Below, piece by piece: positions 1 through 18,055 of a stretch of DNA of 64,000 nucleotides (position 1 is the stretch's first letter; each line of letters begins with the position of its first letter). The DNA is from the human T2T-CHM13v2.0 reference genome, Homo sapiens. Below the pieces are notes generated by a model that saw only the letters and a list, made by a program, of their open reading frames with translations, was not told where the DNA came from and did not search any database. Where the stretch lies: assembly GCF_009914755.1 (NCBI RefSeq), contig NC_060943.1; one strand, given 5' to 3'. The position numbers and the translations under genes were made by a program.

Positions 1-39
1 CTTTCCTTGTAAGAAAAGCAAGTAACCTAGCTCTTTCTC

Positions 40-229
40 TCTTCCTCCCAGGAAGATACAAGACAACAGCTTCTGCGAACCAGTAAGAGTGGCCTCATTA
101 GACATTGGATTTGCCAGTGACTTGATCATGGACTTCCCAGTCTCCAGGACTGTGAGTTATAAAGGTTTGTTGTTTAAGCCACCCAGCCTATGGTATTGTT
201 TGTTATAGCAGCACAAATGGACTAAGACA
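40..229 (+). mobile_element. MaLR (MLT1-type) LTR, 3' part
   Basis: Ends with the typical MLT1 terminus ...TTGTTTAAGCCACCCAGCCTATGGTATTGTTTGTTATAGCAGCACAAATGGACTAAGACA. Confidence 0.65.
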
Positions 230-234
230 CTCAC

Positions 235-368
235 GGAGTCTGCAGCTTCACATGGCTTGATGATGGGGAAACATGGGCTGGATTCCAGATTCCACTTGAC
301 CCTTCAGCAGAGAGCCTCTGCACAGTGAAAAATGGAGTTCTTGTAGCTCTCAGGGTATGATTCTGATT
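235..368 (-). other. ZNF45: Candidate non-coding 5' UTR exon of the minus-strand KRAB-ZNF gene
   Basis: Minus-strand acceptor TTTCCACCCTCCATAG| at 369 and donor CC|GTGAGT at 234. Splice signals only. Confidence 0.35.
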
Positions 369-445
369 CTATGGAGGGTGGAAACGAGTAAAATACCCAG
401 ATTAAAAGCTTAGTATTAGTTAATTACTGCTTGATTTATTAGTAA

Positions 446-855
<410 letters not shown>

Positions 856-2689
856 TAGAATTTGTAATTCACTTTGTTCTAACTCTATATTTGCCCAGCA
901 ACCTCTGCTCAGTAAGAATGTTTTGCAGGGGATATATTTCCATCGCCTCGGGAAAAAAAAGAGATAATAGCAAATCAACCATCTGTCTTGTGATGAATGT
1001 TTATTCAGCTTTATATCCCAAGTACCTAAAACAGTTCCTGTACAAAGTAATTGCCCAGCAGAAATGACTGAACCCACCATCAGACATGGAGAGGCATATA
1101 GGAAGACTAGACTAGTTGGTCTAAGTCTCCCTGAGACTGACTCCAGTTGGGAAGATTTGGAGAGCAAGGGTTTTATTTCCAAATTTTTCCTCTAGGTCTT
1201 TCACCATATTTGCTGTCCTTGGGCAAGATCAGAGTCATCTTTGGAAGGAAAAGCATCTCTGGATTTTGTTAAATACCATCTTAGGAAAGTACTCTCTGCT
1301 CTTCAAAGTCAGCGACGACATGAGTCACTGTTACAGAACCCACAGAATGTGTCCCTTAAAATACTGAGAATGAACACTATTTTACTGCCTGCATAATTAG
1401 CACTAGACAGGTGAATTTATTACTACTTCATTAAATAGATGAGTTTATTAACTCAGTGAAGACTTGTGGGAACCTTACTAAAAGAGATGCAATTCCCCAG
1501 CCTCAAGATGCTCACAGTCTAGTGATGAGGAAGCTGGCAATTCCACTATACATGGCTAAATGCCAGAGTAGTGCACAGCATCCTTTAGCGGCATGAGGAA
1601 TGGGCTCATAAGCCCACAGTGGAATGCAGGGGTTCTACACAAACGTAGCTTAATCTGAGCCCTGGAGGGTGACTGAGCTCTATTAGCCAGAGAATCCAAA
1701 TCACTATAAAACTCCCAGAGAACAAATGTCATGATGTGAAGACAAATAACAGGCAGAAAGAGATGGGCAGGAAGGCAGAATTCAAACCATGATGACGTTC
1801 AAGTCACAAAATTATCTGCAAGTCAGCAGGAGAACACTGAAGGACTTCTGGAAAGGAGAGTAAAAAGATTCCTTTCATGTTAGAAACAGATTACCCTCTC
1901 AAACGGGAGGAGGCTTGAGGGGGAGGAGGCTAGGGCCAGAGAGACTATTAGGAGAGCCACACTAAGAAACTCTTTCTTCTTTATTCAAATGTCACCACCT
2001 CAGAGTCTCTCTCTAGCCATCCTGTAGATAATTTCGGTCTCCTAACTGCACCCCAACACTTCCTATCCCTCATCTCTGCTTACTTCTTTTCTCTAAGCCC
2101 TTATTCCTCTCTAACATCCTTCTAGGTATTTACTTACTTATATTCATTACACTTGTCTAATGTGGAGTTTCGTTACCTGCTCCATCCCCAACACCTACTA
2201 AGTTGCTACAAGCATTTGGAAGGAACCCAAAGATTTGCAGAATGACTACTTTAATGACTCAGTGAATAGTTGATAGATACACCATGTGGATCAGGGCCTC
2301 ATTATTTATCACCTGAACCATTCATTCAACATATGATTGTTGAAGGGTCTACTCTGTGCCAGCCAAGGGTCCTAGATGTGAAATATACAGCAGTGAACAA
2401 AGACCTTGATCTCACAAAGATGATATTATAATGGGCTACGAGGGCATAGCAAACCCCCAATATATAGCGAGAGACACTTTTAAGAACAATAGGGCAGGGT
2501 AAAGAAATAAAGAGATGAAAGGAGGGGCTGTCACAGAATAAGTTTTTGTCATGAAAGATTTCTCTTATATTTGAACAGAGACCTCAAATATAGGAAGAGA
2601 AAGCCATGTAGAGATCTGATATCTGAAGGCATGTAATTCAGCCCTGAAGAACATAGAAAATTTTTTTTTGTTAAAAAGCCATAGGTCTG

Positions 2690-3420
<731 letters not shown>

Positions 3421-4889
3421 CAGTTACAGAAGATCAAGGATGGGACTAAGAACCTATTTCTACCAATATCCCAGGTGATGCTAATGCTGCTGGTCCCTAA
3501 ATTACAATTTGATAGCATCAGTTAAAACAGCTCTCTAGATATTTTCAGACAGACTAACACTTGAGGTTTTCACCTCCAATTTTTCTACTAACCCCAATAT
3601 ACTATCCTATTGCCTAAGGGCAAAAAGAACTAAAGAAGGTAAAAACAAACTGCAAGCTTCTCTTTCTCTCTGATACTAACAAACAGGAATGAAGGTTTGT
3701 TAGGATCAGGAGTGCCAAGATCAACTCTATGCTCCTAACATTAACCACGAAAAAACCCAGGCCACTCATAAAATACTCCCTATAATGACAGCAACTGACA
3801 TTTAGAGCAACTGACTGGCTGCCTACCAAGGCACTGTTTACATAAATTCTTCACATGTAGTATCTCATTTGATTTTCATAACGATGATAGAGATTGAGAA
3901 AATAATTATGCCCATTTTACAGACAAGGAAATAGAGGCACACAGAAGTAACTTGTTCATGTTTAACAAGTGGTCAACAGAAAAGTCAGGATTTTCACCCA
4001 GTGCCTTATCTACTAGAACACTGGCTGCGCCAGGCAATGAACCCAGGCAATCTGACACCTGTGCCCATGTTCTTAACCGCTCGACAGTGGTTCTCAAACC
4101 CTGGTATGCATCCATATCAAAAGGCCTGAGGTTCCATGTGCTGCCTTGATACCTTTGAGACTCACAGGGCCCTGAAGGCCTAGCCATGAGCTCCCGGCTC
4201 TCTCCAGATATGCCCTCTCAGTGGGAAAGGATCCCTGCCCGCCTAGTTCCTCGTGTGTTAACCATGTTTTATGTACTGGCTATTTGATATCTGCTATTCC
4301 TAATCTCTCCCTAAGTCTGCTGAATCACAGGGCCAGACTAACAACCAAAATTATGTGCATCTTCCCTGCAAGCAGCTTTCACCGGTGGGAGAAAGACATA
4401 TTACAAAAGCATAGGCCCCAGTTCCTTTCTCTGTCTGCTTCCTGACCCTTGCCTGTAGTGGGCTTCATGTGGTCTGGTGTGGTGTGATGTACCAGTGGAA
4501 CTCTAAGTATTAAAATACTATTCATTGGCATTAATCTCTCCATGTTGTCACTCAGCCGCTTTTATAAAATTAAGACTTAGGCACAATTCATCCTATTTAG
4601 CCAGACCACCTGTACCCCACCAGGTCCTCCACATAACAGGTTTTGCCTCCCTGCCAGCCTGTAGAATTATCCAAATGGTCAATTAAATCTTCTTGCAGGA
4701 ACCAAGGGTCACCCTGCTACCCTCCTGTCACTACAAAATCAACCTACCATGGCCCCTGTTGGTTCAATCTATTCTCAAGTGCAAGTCCCCTGGGCTGTGA
4801 ATATGTGACTAATAAACTGCTACCAACCTCTTCTGCATAGGCTGACTGTAGGGTTTGTGTGTTCAGCCACCTCCTGCCAGTTCAAGTGA

Positions 4890-5255
4890 TGTCTTAGTCC
4901 ATTTTTGCTGCTATAACAAAATACCACAGTTATAAAGAACAGAAATTTCTCACAGTTCTGAAGGATGGGAAGTCTAAGATCAAGGCTCCAGCAGGTTGTG
5001 GGTCTGGTAAGGGCCTTTTTGCTGTGTTCTCACGTGGCAGAAGGGTAGGGGAAAAGGGGGATGGAGGAATGCTGTGTCTTCATAGTCTTCATATGGCAGA
5101 AGAACAAGGGAGGTGAACTCTCTCTCTGAAGCCTCTTTTATAAGAGCATTAACTCCTTCATGCCCTCATGACTTAATCACTTCCCAAAGGCCTCACCTCT
5201 TAATAACACCACAATGGGGATTAAGTTTCAATGTTTGGGGGACACTCAGACAGCA
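4890..5255 (-). mobile_element. MaLR (MLT1A/MST-type) LTR
   Basis: Starts TGTCTTAGTCCATTTTTGCTGCTATAACAAAATACCACAG; contains CTCACAGTTCTG..GGCTGGGAAGTC-like and TAATCACTTCCCAAAGGCCTCACCTCTTAA motifs. Confidence 0.75.
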
Positions 5256-5631
5256 GCAGGTGGGGGAATCCCTCCTTCACCAATGGGGTGAATAGGTGAC
5301 CAGAACCCCCGAATTACTAATAAAGAACACAGAAGTTCAAGCTCATAGAAGTAGTGTAGGGCCTGGGTCTTATGATTCTGATGTGACCACAGTTCAAGAA
5401 CCACTGCATTATTCTACACTGCCTCTTAAAGAGTTGACGGAACTGTCCAAGGGCACCCAGGAAACCAGGGGCATGGCTCTGCCTGGCACTCAGGCCTACT
5501 GATTATCAGCTCCCTGCTCCTCTCCAGTATAAGATGCCCCTAGAGCTCTCTATAAGAGGAAAGGGCTGCAGAATGACTGGTAATGCCTCTGGAGGCAAAT
5601 TCTCAGAATGAAAGGGGAGGCTTCCCTTAGA

Positions 5632-5956
5632 TCAGTGCTGTCCAACAGAAATATAATGCAGGCAAGCTATTCGTGTAATTTAAATTTTTCTCATCGCTAC
5701 ACTGAAAAAGGTAAGATGAAGCAAGTGAACTTAATTTCAACAATATATTTTCTTTAACCCAACATATCCAAAGTATTATCCCCTCAACTTGTAATCAGTA
5801 TAAGAATTATTGAGGGATTTTACTTTCTTTTTTTCATACTAGATCTTTGAAATCTGTTGTGCCTTACCATTATAACATATCTCAATTCAGACTAGTTACG
5901 TTTCAGGTGCTCAATAATCACATGCGGCTAATGGCTACACTATTGGATAGTGCAGG
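5632..5956. mobile_element. MER33-like hAT-Charlie non-autonomous DNA transposon
   Basis: About 325 bp with terminal inverted repeats CAGTGCTGTCCAA / TTGGATAGTGCAG; interior TTTCAGGTGCTCAATAATCACATGCGGCTA. Confidence 0.75.
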
Positions 5957-6162
5957 TTTAGACCTTTTTATTAAGGCAATATAGACTATATAATCATCTC
6001 ACAGGGACTTGCTAAGTTCAAAAGACAGCAAATTAGTTGTAGGTTTCAACAATCACTATCATAGAAACTATGCACATTTGTTTAAATATGTAACAGAATT
6101 AAAGTATCCATAGAAAAAGTGGAAAGTGGGGAAGAAAAGAATACTTAAAAATATACCTTTGA

Positions 6163-6511
<349 letters not shown>

Positions 6512-6569
6512 TTATCTGTAGAAGATGAAGGCCAGCTTTAGTCTATAATACACAGAGGACTTACTACAT

Positions 6570-6740
6570 GCGAGGCACTATTTCAAACATGTTACCTATC
6601 TCTTTTAGTCTTCACAGAAACTTTACGAGGTAGTTATTAATATCATCCCTACTTAACGGGTAAGAAAACTGAGGCACAGAAAGGTCAAGTAACTTGCCCA
6701 AGGTTATTCAGTCACTGAGTGTTCCAACCTAGCTGCTGAG
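6570..6740 (-). mobile_element. MIR fragment
   Basis: MIR core GAAAACTGAGGCACAGAAAGGTCAAGTAACTTGCCCAAGGT. Confidence 0.7.
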
Positions 6741-6935
6741 GTTTGATTCTGGCTCTGCCCCGCTGATTGTGCCACCAGTTCATCTGTACAGTTAACTTGT
6801 GTGTGTTTGTTTTTTCATCTTTAAAATCAGAATAAAATAGAACTGTCATAAAGAACAAATAAGCTAGTGCATGGAAAGCACTAGAAATTCTCCAAGTCAT
6901 AAGAAACACCCAACAAATGTCAGCAGTCCTCATCA

Positions 6936-7305
<370 letters not shown>

Positions 7306-7513
7306 TTAAGGGAGTTTGTTTTAGATCTTGACAATATTATCCACAATTGTTCATCAACTTTTGAATACCCTGAAAAAGTTGATGGATTCTACAGCCCACC
7401 AAACGTGAGATAACAGACAAGGACTGTGGATAATCCTTCTATTTTGTTCTCTAATTGCAAGCTGTAGCACCCAAAATCCAGATGCCTGTTAGAGAGCTAC
7501 ATGAATCACTTAC

Positions 7514-7652
7514 TCACTGAATAACTCCTCTTTGCAAACCTCTTGCTGGGTACTCTTGAGAAGAATATGATAATGTCCATGAAACAGAGGTCCCTGAAGT
7601 CTAATGGGAGAGAGATAGGAAACCAAGAGTTATATGCCAGTGGCAAGTGCAA
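7514..7652 (-). other. ZNF45: Candidate non-coding 5' UTR exon
   Basis: Minus-strand acceptor TTTTCTTTGCTTTTTTGGAG| at 7653; tandem donors CA|GTGAGT (exon end 7518) and TGA|GTAAGT (exon end 7514). Confidence 0.45.
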
Positions 7653-8098
7653 CTCCAAAAAAGCAAAGAAAATCAATCATCTTTCTTTTCCTAATTGCAA
7701 CTCTTTCTAGCTTTCTCACATAAGTAGCATTCTCCTAGCTGCCAGGAGTGAAAAACCTCAGAGTTACTGTTAATATCTATTATGGGCTGAATTGTGTGTG
7801 CCTCTCTCAAAACGTTAAAGTCCTAACGCTCGGTATCTCAGAAATAACTGTCTTTGGAAATAGGGCCTTTAAAGAGGTGATGAAGTTGACTTACAGCAAG
7901 GGAGCTCACGCACACAGAGGGGAGAGGCCTTACAAGACACCAAAACTGGTGACACCTTGATTTTGGACTTTTAGCCTCCAGAACTGTAACAAATACATTT
8001 CTGTATAATCCAGCCAATTTGTAGTATTTTCTTATGGCAGCCCTGGCAAATGAATATAATTGCCCCTCCCTTGGCCTTCATATATAAACGATTAGTGA

Positions 8099-8410
<312 letters not shown>

Positions 8411-9335
8411 TTAAGCCTTACTGACTCATCATCTGGGTTTGTTTTAAAATACTCAAGGGAAAAAAAGTTGGTGGGAGAGGCAATAAGATTAGCAAGAATG
8501 GAAGCAGGGTGACTGTACATAAGAGTTCATTATATTTGGGTATGTTTGGATATTTCCATAGTAAAAAATAAGGGAATAACAACCCACTATGAATAGTGTG
8601 ATAACAATTTCATAAAACACAGACAAAAACACATTAAAAACTGCTAAACAGAAATGCATTAAAATGTTAATAATTATCTATATCCTAGTATTAAGGAAAT
8701 TTGTAATATTTTATATTTCTGTATTTTCTACATCCTCTACAGAGAACGTGCATCTCTATGATCAAAATATGAACTACTAATATTGCTTAAAATTAAATGA
8801 GAATTCTTTCAAAATTTTCTAAAGTCTAAACTCAACCTTGCTTTCAAAATCTTCTACAGTAAAATTCCAACCTCCCTCCCCAACTTGATCTCAAATGGCT
8901 CCTCTGCAGCCAGTTTCCTATGATTATTTATATGGATCATTTATCTATTTTATTTCCTAATTCTAAATTGGGATTTCAAACTGTGAGACCAAGGGTATTC
9001 AGATGTAAGGAACCCAAGTCTAGGACACAAATCCCACTGTTCTTACTAGCACTGTGATATAGGAAAGTAAATTAGGCTCTCTCCATTTCCTCATCTGTAT
9101 AATTGGTGTAATAACAGTACCCATATCACAATACCCACATCACCTTTGTAAGGTGAACAGAACCCACAACACAAGGCCTTTGTGAAGGTTCAGTGTGTTA
9201 GTTTTTATAAAGCCCTCAGAGTGATACTCAGCACCCAATGTTTAACTAGTGTGACTAATATTCATGTCACATTTTCTCCAATTATACAATAACGGAACAC
9301 TTCTGTAGCAGAAACATTTGCAAGGAATGAAATAC

Positions 9336-9604
9336 CTTCTCGCACTCGGAACAGAAGAGGAAGGTGAATGCTAGGTCCTGTCACAGTGGGGCTCTGCTGC
9401 CAGAAGCCAGGATGCTCTCCTTCCTCCTCTCCCGCAGCATTCTTTCAGAAGTCAGGGCAGGGGAAGGAAAGGAGGCTGGGAGATTGCACGATCTTGTCTG
9501 AGATCCTGGAAAATCCACAGAGGATAACTCCAGACGCCACCTGTTGAGTGATGCACTCTTTCTTAAAAAACGGGTCAGGCATAGTCCAAGAACAGCCTCC
9601 TTTC
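9336..9604 (-). other. ZNF45: Candidate non-coding exon 2
   Basis: Minus-strand acceptor CTCTTCTTTCTGATTCCTGCAG| at 9605 and donor AAG|GTATTT at 9335; lies just downstream of the promoter. Confidence 0.5.
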
Positions 9605-9849
9605 CTGCAGGAATCAGAAAGAAGAGCCAGGCGCTTGCTGAAAAATGAATATTTTTTATTATGATAGTTTTAATATTAACGGCCGACATGTTGCCACATT
9701 CCTGTACTATTCCATACACATTTTACTTGTACTATATTACTAATTGTCAAAACAAATATATAAGGTTAATATTTCCTTTTGCAGAAGAGGAAACTAAGAC
9801 CAGAAACTAAGCACCGAAAGATTAAGTTCTCACCCAACGTTACACCGCT

Positions 9850-10520
9850 AGGAAGCGACAGAGCTGTGGGAGGTGGGGGAAGGCGGGTCGGGCCGCTGAG
9901 AGCCCAGGAGATCCTCAGACGCCTCCCCATTCAGGTCCACTTCCAACCAGGGGACTCCCGAACCGCCCCGAACGCAGCAGCTCCGGATACAGTAAGGCAA
10001 TCAGCTGCCCAGCCATTCAACTCCGCCCTCCGCTGCTCGCCGCAGCGTCTTTTCCTGCTGACCGAAGTGCGAGCCCTGCTGATCCTACGACCAAACCATA
10101 AAAGTTAAAACAGGTCGCGGGGTCCCAGGACTCACTCACTTCCACGAGAGGAATGAAGGCCGCGCTCTCAACCTCTTGCAGCGGAAGTGCCCGGGAGAGC
10201 AGGGAGCTCTGGAACTACATTTCCCAGCATCCCCGGGAGGAACGGAAGCCGCTGCCCCGCCCCCTGGGCGGAAGTGCGGGCTTCGACTCCCACGGCCGAA
10301 TCTTATTTCTCAGAATCCCCAAGGGGAGCGGGCTTCGTGTTCTCGTCCTCAAATAGTCGAAGTACCACCGAACCCACTGAGCACTGGGGTATAGGTTCCT
10401 ATTTCCCCAGGGGAGCAAATAACAAAGCCGCGCTTTCCCAGAGCTGAAGTGCCCCCAAAAGTCTGGACCACACGTCCCAGAATCCTCTGTAGGGCTGAGC
10501 TTCCCGCCAGCCTGCAATTT
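9850..10520 (-). promoter_or_regulatory. ZNF45: CpG-island promoter and exon 1 of the minus-strand KRAB-ZNF gene (exon 1 about 10140-10200)
   Basis: CpG-rich; ZNF143/SBS motif GGAACTACATTTCCCAGCATCCC (10211-10233); ETS sites CGGAAGTG (about 10182 and 10269); minus-strand donor GAA|GTGAGT at 10139. Gene name inferred from its divergent position about 16 kb upstream of ZNF221. Confidence 0.7.
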
Positions 10521-11199
10521 TCCTTTTGAATTAGCGGGGGGAGTCTAAGTCATTGCTTGTAGAGCTCAGCCTGCTTTTTCCTTTTGCCATTGTTCCCTTT
10601 TATACGTGACAGAAGTTGCGAATATGAAAAAAAAAAGGAAAATACAAAGGAATGCTATGTGTGAGCTAAAAACAGAGGTAATAAAAGAGGTGGACAGAGC
10701 CGCCCAGAGCAACAAGCCTTTTATAATATGGGTATGGATTCATCTGTGATTAAAAATGCTCAAAAAAGGAGATGCAATCATCCAGCAGGACATGAAACAA
10801 AAGCAGCAAAATTCTCCACTTTTCTTGCGCTTAGTTTTCTTTCATTCGCAGGATACTGAAGAAAGTATTATAGTATTGAATAGGCTCTATCCTATATAAA
10901 ATCTTGAAAACATTCAGTTCAGATTAAGGAATCACATCACTTCTTGCTCTCAGAATCAGGAATCTGTAAAGGTGTCTTATGATTTGCCAAAGTGTCTATG
11001 AATATTCAGTAAGGAGAGGGAGGTGAAGTGAGGGATTAAGACATGAAGTGCAAAAAATACAGAAAGCTATACTATTCACTTTTCTCCTAGGTAGAAACTA
11101 AATATTTTTCCAAGTTTATTATGAAAGGGTAAAGAAGAAAAAATGGAAGTTGACTACATAGGAGTAGCTGTAAACATCTGAACAATGTTCAATTTAGGC

Positions 11200-11616
11200 T
11201 GAGGCAGGAGACCAGCAGGGCGTGATTCCAAGATCAGATAAGAAACCTGCTGAAACCAGCAAGTGATGGAAAGCAACCTGTAAGTTCCCTTTGCTACCTA
11301 TCAGTATAAGACACTCCCACCAGCGCCGTGACGGTTTATAAATGCCATGGCAACACCTGGAAGTTACCAACCCCTTTTCTAGAGATTTCCGAGTAACTCA
11401 CCCCTTAATTTGCATGTAATGAAAAGTTGGTATAAATATACCCAGCCAACAGCCCATATGCTGCTACTCTGGGCACACTGCCTGTGGGCTAGTCTTGGTC
11501 TGCAAGGAACAGTCACTGAGCTTTTAACACTGTTGATTCGATAAACCTGCTTTCTTCCGCTGCTGGCTTGCTGTTGAATTCTTTCCTGAGCAAAGCCAAG
11601 AAACTGCCCTGCATCA
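11200..11616 (+). mobile_element. ERV1 solo LTR (MER66-like)
   Basis: TG...CA termini; GACACTCCCACCAGCGCCGTGACGGTTTATAAATGCCATGGCAAC motif; TATAAATA box; flanks AGGC/ATGC. Confidence 0.65.
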
Positions 11617-11793
11617 ATGCCATTTCAAAATCTGGATAAGTACTCTCTCTACTTTAGTAAGAGGAAGAGAGAAATGTAATCACCCAATGGACTCATCTTG
11701 CCCACTGCCCAGAGAGAGCCAATTTATCAAGACAGGAATTGCAATAGAGAAAGAGTTTAATACACGTAGAGCTGGCTAAATGGGAGACCAGGG

Positions 11794-12911
<1,118 letters not shown>

Positions 12912-13841
12912 GAAGTTTTACTGTTACTGAAATCAGCCTCCCTGAAAATTTGGAGGCTGGGGTTTTTAAAAGATAAGTTTGGTGGGCAGGGGGCTAGGGA
13001 ATGGGTGTGTTTATTGGTTGGGGATGCAATTGGTTGGGGATGCAATCATGGGGTGTGGACCTCTTCTGGGTGGATGTCACATGACTGGTAGAGTCAAGAG
13101 TTGTGGGTCTGGGTGGGGTCGTCTGGTCATCAAAAATGCAAAAGCCTGAAAAGACATAGCAAAAGGCCAATCTTAGGTTCTGCAATAGCGATGTTATTTA
13201 TAGGGATAATTGGGGAAGTTGCAAATTTGTGACCTCCAGAATAATGATTGGTAATTATTTATCCCTACATCTTAGCAGAATTCGGGTCTCTCTCATAATC
13301 CTAAACTTGTGGCCTTTTATTAGTGCTCTTGTGAGCAAAGGCTGCTCCTTTCCCAAACAATGCAAATCTAAAGACGACTACCCTGAACATGTTTCTCCTA
13401 TAAGTGTGTCTATATGAGATTTAAATATGTTACTCAAATTCAGATTTGAGAAAATAGCCTTACTTAATCCTTGGATGTCATTGGACATTTTACAAACTCA
13501 ATTTCTTTTAACATTATTACTACTAGAGGTAGTGGTACTGCTAATGTTTTAAAATCAACTTTATTAAGTATAATTTCTATTAAAACATACCCCTTTTAAA
13601 GTATAAAGTTCAGTACATTCGATGAACGTGTACACTTGTGTAAAGCCACCACACTCAAGATGCATATATTTACCTCACACCCCAAAAAGCTCTCGTTAGC
13701 CCTGCTATGATTGTTCTATCATGTCCCCAGCCCCAAGCACTAATCTGCTTTCTGTTATGAAAAATTAGTTGTTTTCCTGCCGAAGAATCTCATACAAATG
13801 AAATCATATAACATGTACTCTGATGTGTGAAGCTTTTTTGA

Positions 13842-14142
<301 letters not shown>

Positions 14143-15496
14143 GACACAGCATGTTTTTAAAATTCATTCGGGTTGTACTATTTGTTCTTACTGTTGAGTA
14201 CTCTTCAATGATACGGATATATCACAACTTATTAATCCATTTATTTCTTGATAAACATTTGGAATGCTTTCAATTTTTTGCTACTATGAGCAAAGCTGAT
14301 GTGGACATTTCACAACAACGATTTGTGTAAACATATGTTTTTACTTCTGTAGTTTAGATTCCTAATAGTGAAAGTGCTGGCTTACATTATATTTTATAGC
14401 ATCATGAAAGCATAAATGATGTGCAGTACACTGCCCATAAAGTATATAATTTGATGAGACTTAACATATGTACACACTTAAGAAACCATGCCACAATCAA
14501 GGTAATGGACATATCCATCACACTCAAAACTTCCCTTGTGCCACTCTGTAATTTTTTTATAGGCTTAACTTTATCAGAAATTGTCAAATTGTTTTCCAAA
14601 AGCGTTGTAATTTTTATATTTCCATCAAAATGTATGAAGATTCCAGCATCTCCAATCTTCACCAACACTTGGTGTTGTCAGACTTTTTAAGTCATTCTGT
14701 GGGTGTGTAGTGCTTACGGTGGTTTTTGTTTGCATTTTACAGGTGACCAAATATTCATCACATTTTCATGTGCTTTTTGGCCATTTATGTATTTTGTTAA
14801 GTGTCTGCTTAAATCTTGAGCCCATTTTTTTAACTGCGTTAGTTGTCTTATTATTCATGAATTAAGAGTTCTTTTATATTTTGGATAAAAAACCTTTTGT
14901 CAGATATGTGTAGTGAGAATAGTTTCCTCCACTCTGGGCATGTATTTTTATCTCTAACAAAATCTTTTGAAGAGCAGGTTTTTATTTTTATGAAGTCCAA
15001 TTTATCAATTTTTTTATAGTTAGTTTAAAAAAATTATATCTAATAAATCTTTGTTGACTCCAAAGATAAGATTTTTCTCCTATGTTTTCTTCTAGAAGTT
15101 TTATAAGCTTTAGCTTTTATATTTAGGCCTGTCATCCAAGTAATTACTATTTGTATAGGTGTTTCCAATTCATGTTTTTTCCAATTTATTTTTTAAAAAG
15201 ACTCTTCCCTTCTTTAAATTACTTGAGACCTTTGGTACAAAATCATTTGACCATATATGTGTGTGGGTTTATTTCTGACTTCTGGACTCCCTATAGTGTT
15301 CTTTTGATTTATATGTCTAATTTGATGCCAATATTATGCTGTTTTGATTGCTGCAGCTTTATAAAAAGTCTAGAAGCCAGGCAACATCCATTCTCCAACT
15401 TTTTTTTTTCAAGGTTATTTTGGCTATTCTAGATGCTTTGGATTTTCATATGAATTTAACAATCAGCTTGTCAATTTCCTCAAATAAGCATGTGAT

Positions 15497-15780
15497 TTTT
15501 TTTTTCCTGAGACAGAGTCTCACTCTGTCACCCAGGCTGGAGTGCAGTGGCATGATCTCAGCTCACTGTAACCCCCACCTCCTGAATTCAAGCGATTCTC
15601 TGCCTCAGTCTCCCAAGTAGCTGGGGCTACAGGTGTGCACCACCACACCCGGCTAATTTTTGTAGAGATGGGGTTTTGCCATGTTGGCCAGGCTAGTCTT
15701 GAACTCCTGGCCTCCAGTGATCCATACTTCTTGGACTCCTATAGTGCTGGGATTACAGGCATGAGGCACCACACCTGGCC
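15497..15780 (-). mobile_element. Old Alu (J/S)
   Basis: Diverged antisense Alu dimer. Confidence 0.9.
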
Positions 15781-17637
15781 AGCCTGCTGAAATTTTAATC
15801 GGGACTGCATTCAATTTATAGATCAATTTGGTAAGAATTGATGACTTAACAATATCGTATCTTCCAATCCCTAGTCATACTATATTGCTCCATTCATTTA
15901 GGCCTCTTTTAATTTCTCTTGGCAATATTTTATAGCTTTCAATGTAGATGTCATGAATGTCTTTGATCAGATTTACCTTTAAATAGTCGTTTTTAAAATA
16001 AACCTCATACTTAAAAGCTTTAGATTTACAGAAAAATTGAGCAGGTAGTAGAGGAAGTTCCCATATATCCTATACCCAATTTCCCGTTATTAACTTCTTA
16101 CGTTAGTATGTTACATTTGCTAGAATTAATGAACCAATATTGATACATTATTATTAACTAAAGTCCACGGTTTGTTGAGATTTATTTAGTTTTAAACTAA
16201 TGTCCTTCTTATGTGCCAGTATGCCATCCAGAATGTCATGTTATATTTAGTTTATCATGTCTCCCTAGGCTCCTCTTGGTTGTGATCGTTTCTCAGACTT
16301 TCCTTGTTTTTGATGACCTTGACAGTTTTGAGGAGTGCTGGTCGGGTGTCCTGTAGAATATCCCTCAAATGGATTTTTTCCTCATAATCAAATTAAGGTT
16401 ATGGATTTTGGGGAAGTAAAGTGCCATTTTTATCATGTCATTCAAGGGTACATGATCAATATAACCTATCACTCTTGACGTTGACCTTGATCACGTAGCT
16501 GAGGTAGTGTTTGTTAGGTTTCCTCACCCTTTTTCCCCTTTTCTCATATTGTACTCTTTGGAAGGAAGTCACTATGAGTAGCCCACATGGAGGAAATAGG
16601 GAATTATATCCCATCTCCTTGAGGGCAGAATAGCTATAAAAATTATGTAGAAATATTTCATATTTTCAATGTTACTAATATTATAAATAATGGTTTTTAT
16701 TTTTCATTTCTGATTGTGTATTTATCTATTTTGTTTTTTAGGTTTGATCAGTTTTTGCTTTATGTATCTTGGAGCTCTGTTTTTAGGTGCATACACAATT
16801 AGGATTGTTAGGTCTTGTTAGTGAATGGATCCTCTATAATTGTGTAATGTTTCAGTTTATCCCTGGAAGTTTTCATTGACCTAAAGTCTAAATTGTCTGA
16901 TAATAATGTAACCACATCAGCCATACAGTTTTTCTTTTTATTGTGGTAAAATATGCATAGCATAAAATTTACTGTTTTAACTGTTTAAGTGAACAGTACA
17001 GTAGTGCTAAGTATGTTCACAATGTTGTGCAACTATCACTACTGTCCATCTCCAACTTTTTCTTCATCACATACTGAAGCTCCGTACCCATTAAACAATA
17101 ACTTCACATCCTCTCTCTCCCTAGCCCCGAGTAATTGCTGTTCTACCTTCTGTTTCTGTGTATTTGACTATGCTAAGTACCTCGCATAAGTGAAATCATA
17201 CAATATTTGTCCTTTTATGTCTGACTTCTTTCACTTAACATAATGTCTTTAAGCTTCATTCATGTTATCACATGTGTCAGAATTTAATTCCTTAAGGCTG
17301 AATAATATTCTGTTGTATGTATATACTACATTTTGTTTATTCATTTATCCACAAACATTTGAGTTGTTGCCACCTTCTAGATATTGTGAATAATGCTGCT
17401 ATGAACATTGCTATACAAATATCTGTTCAAGTGTCTGCTTTCAATCATTCTGTGTATACACCCAGAAGTGGAACTGTTATATCAAATGGTAATTTTATGT
17501 TTTTTTTTTTTTTGAGGAACTACTATATGGCTTTCCACAGTGACAACACCATTTTACATTTCCACCAGAAATGCACAAAGTTTCCAATTTCTCCACATCT
17601 GTGCCAACACTTGTTGTATCAGCAATCTTTTGATTAG

Positions 17638-18055
<418 letters not shown>
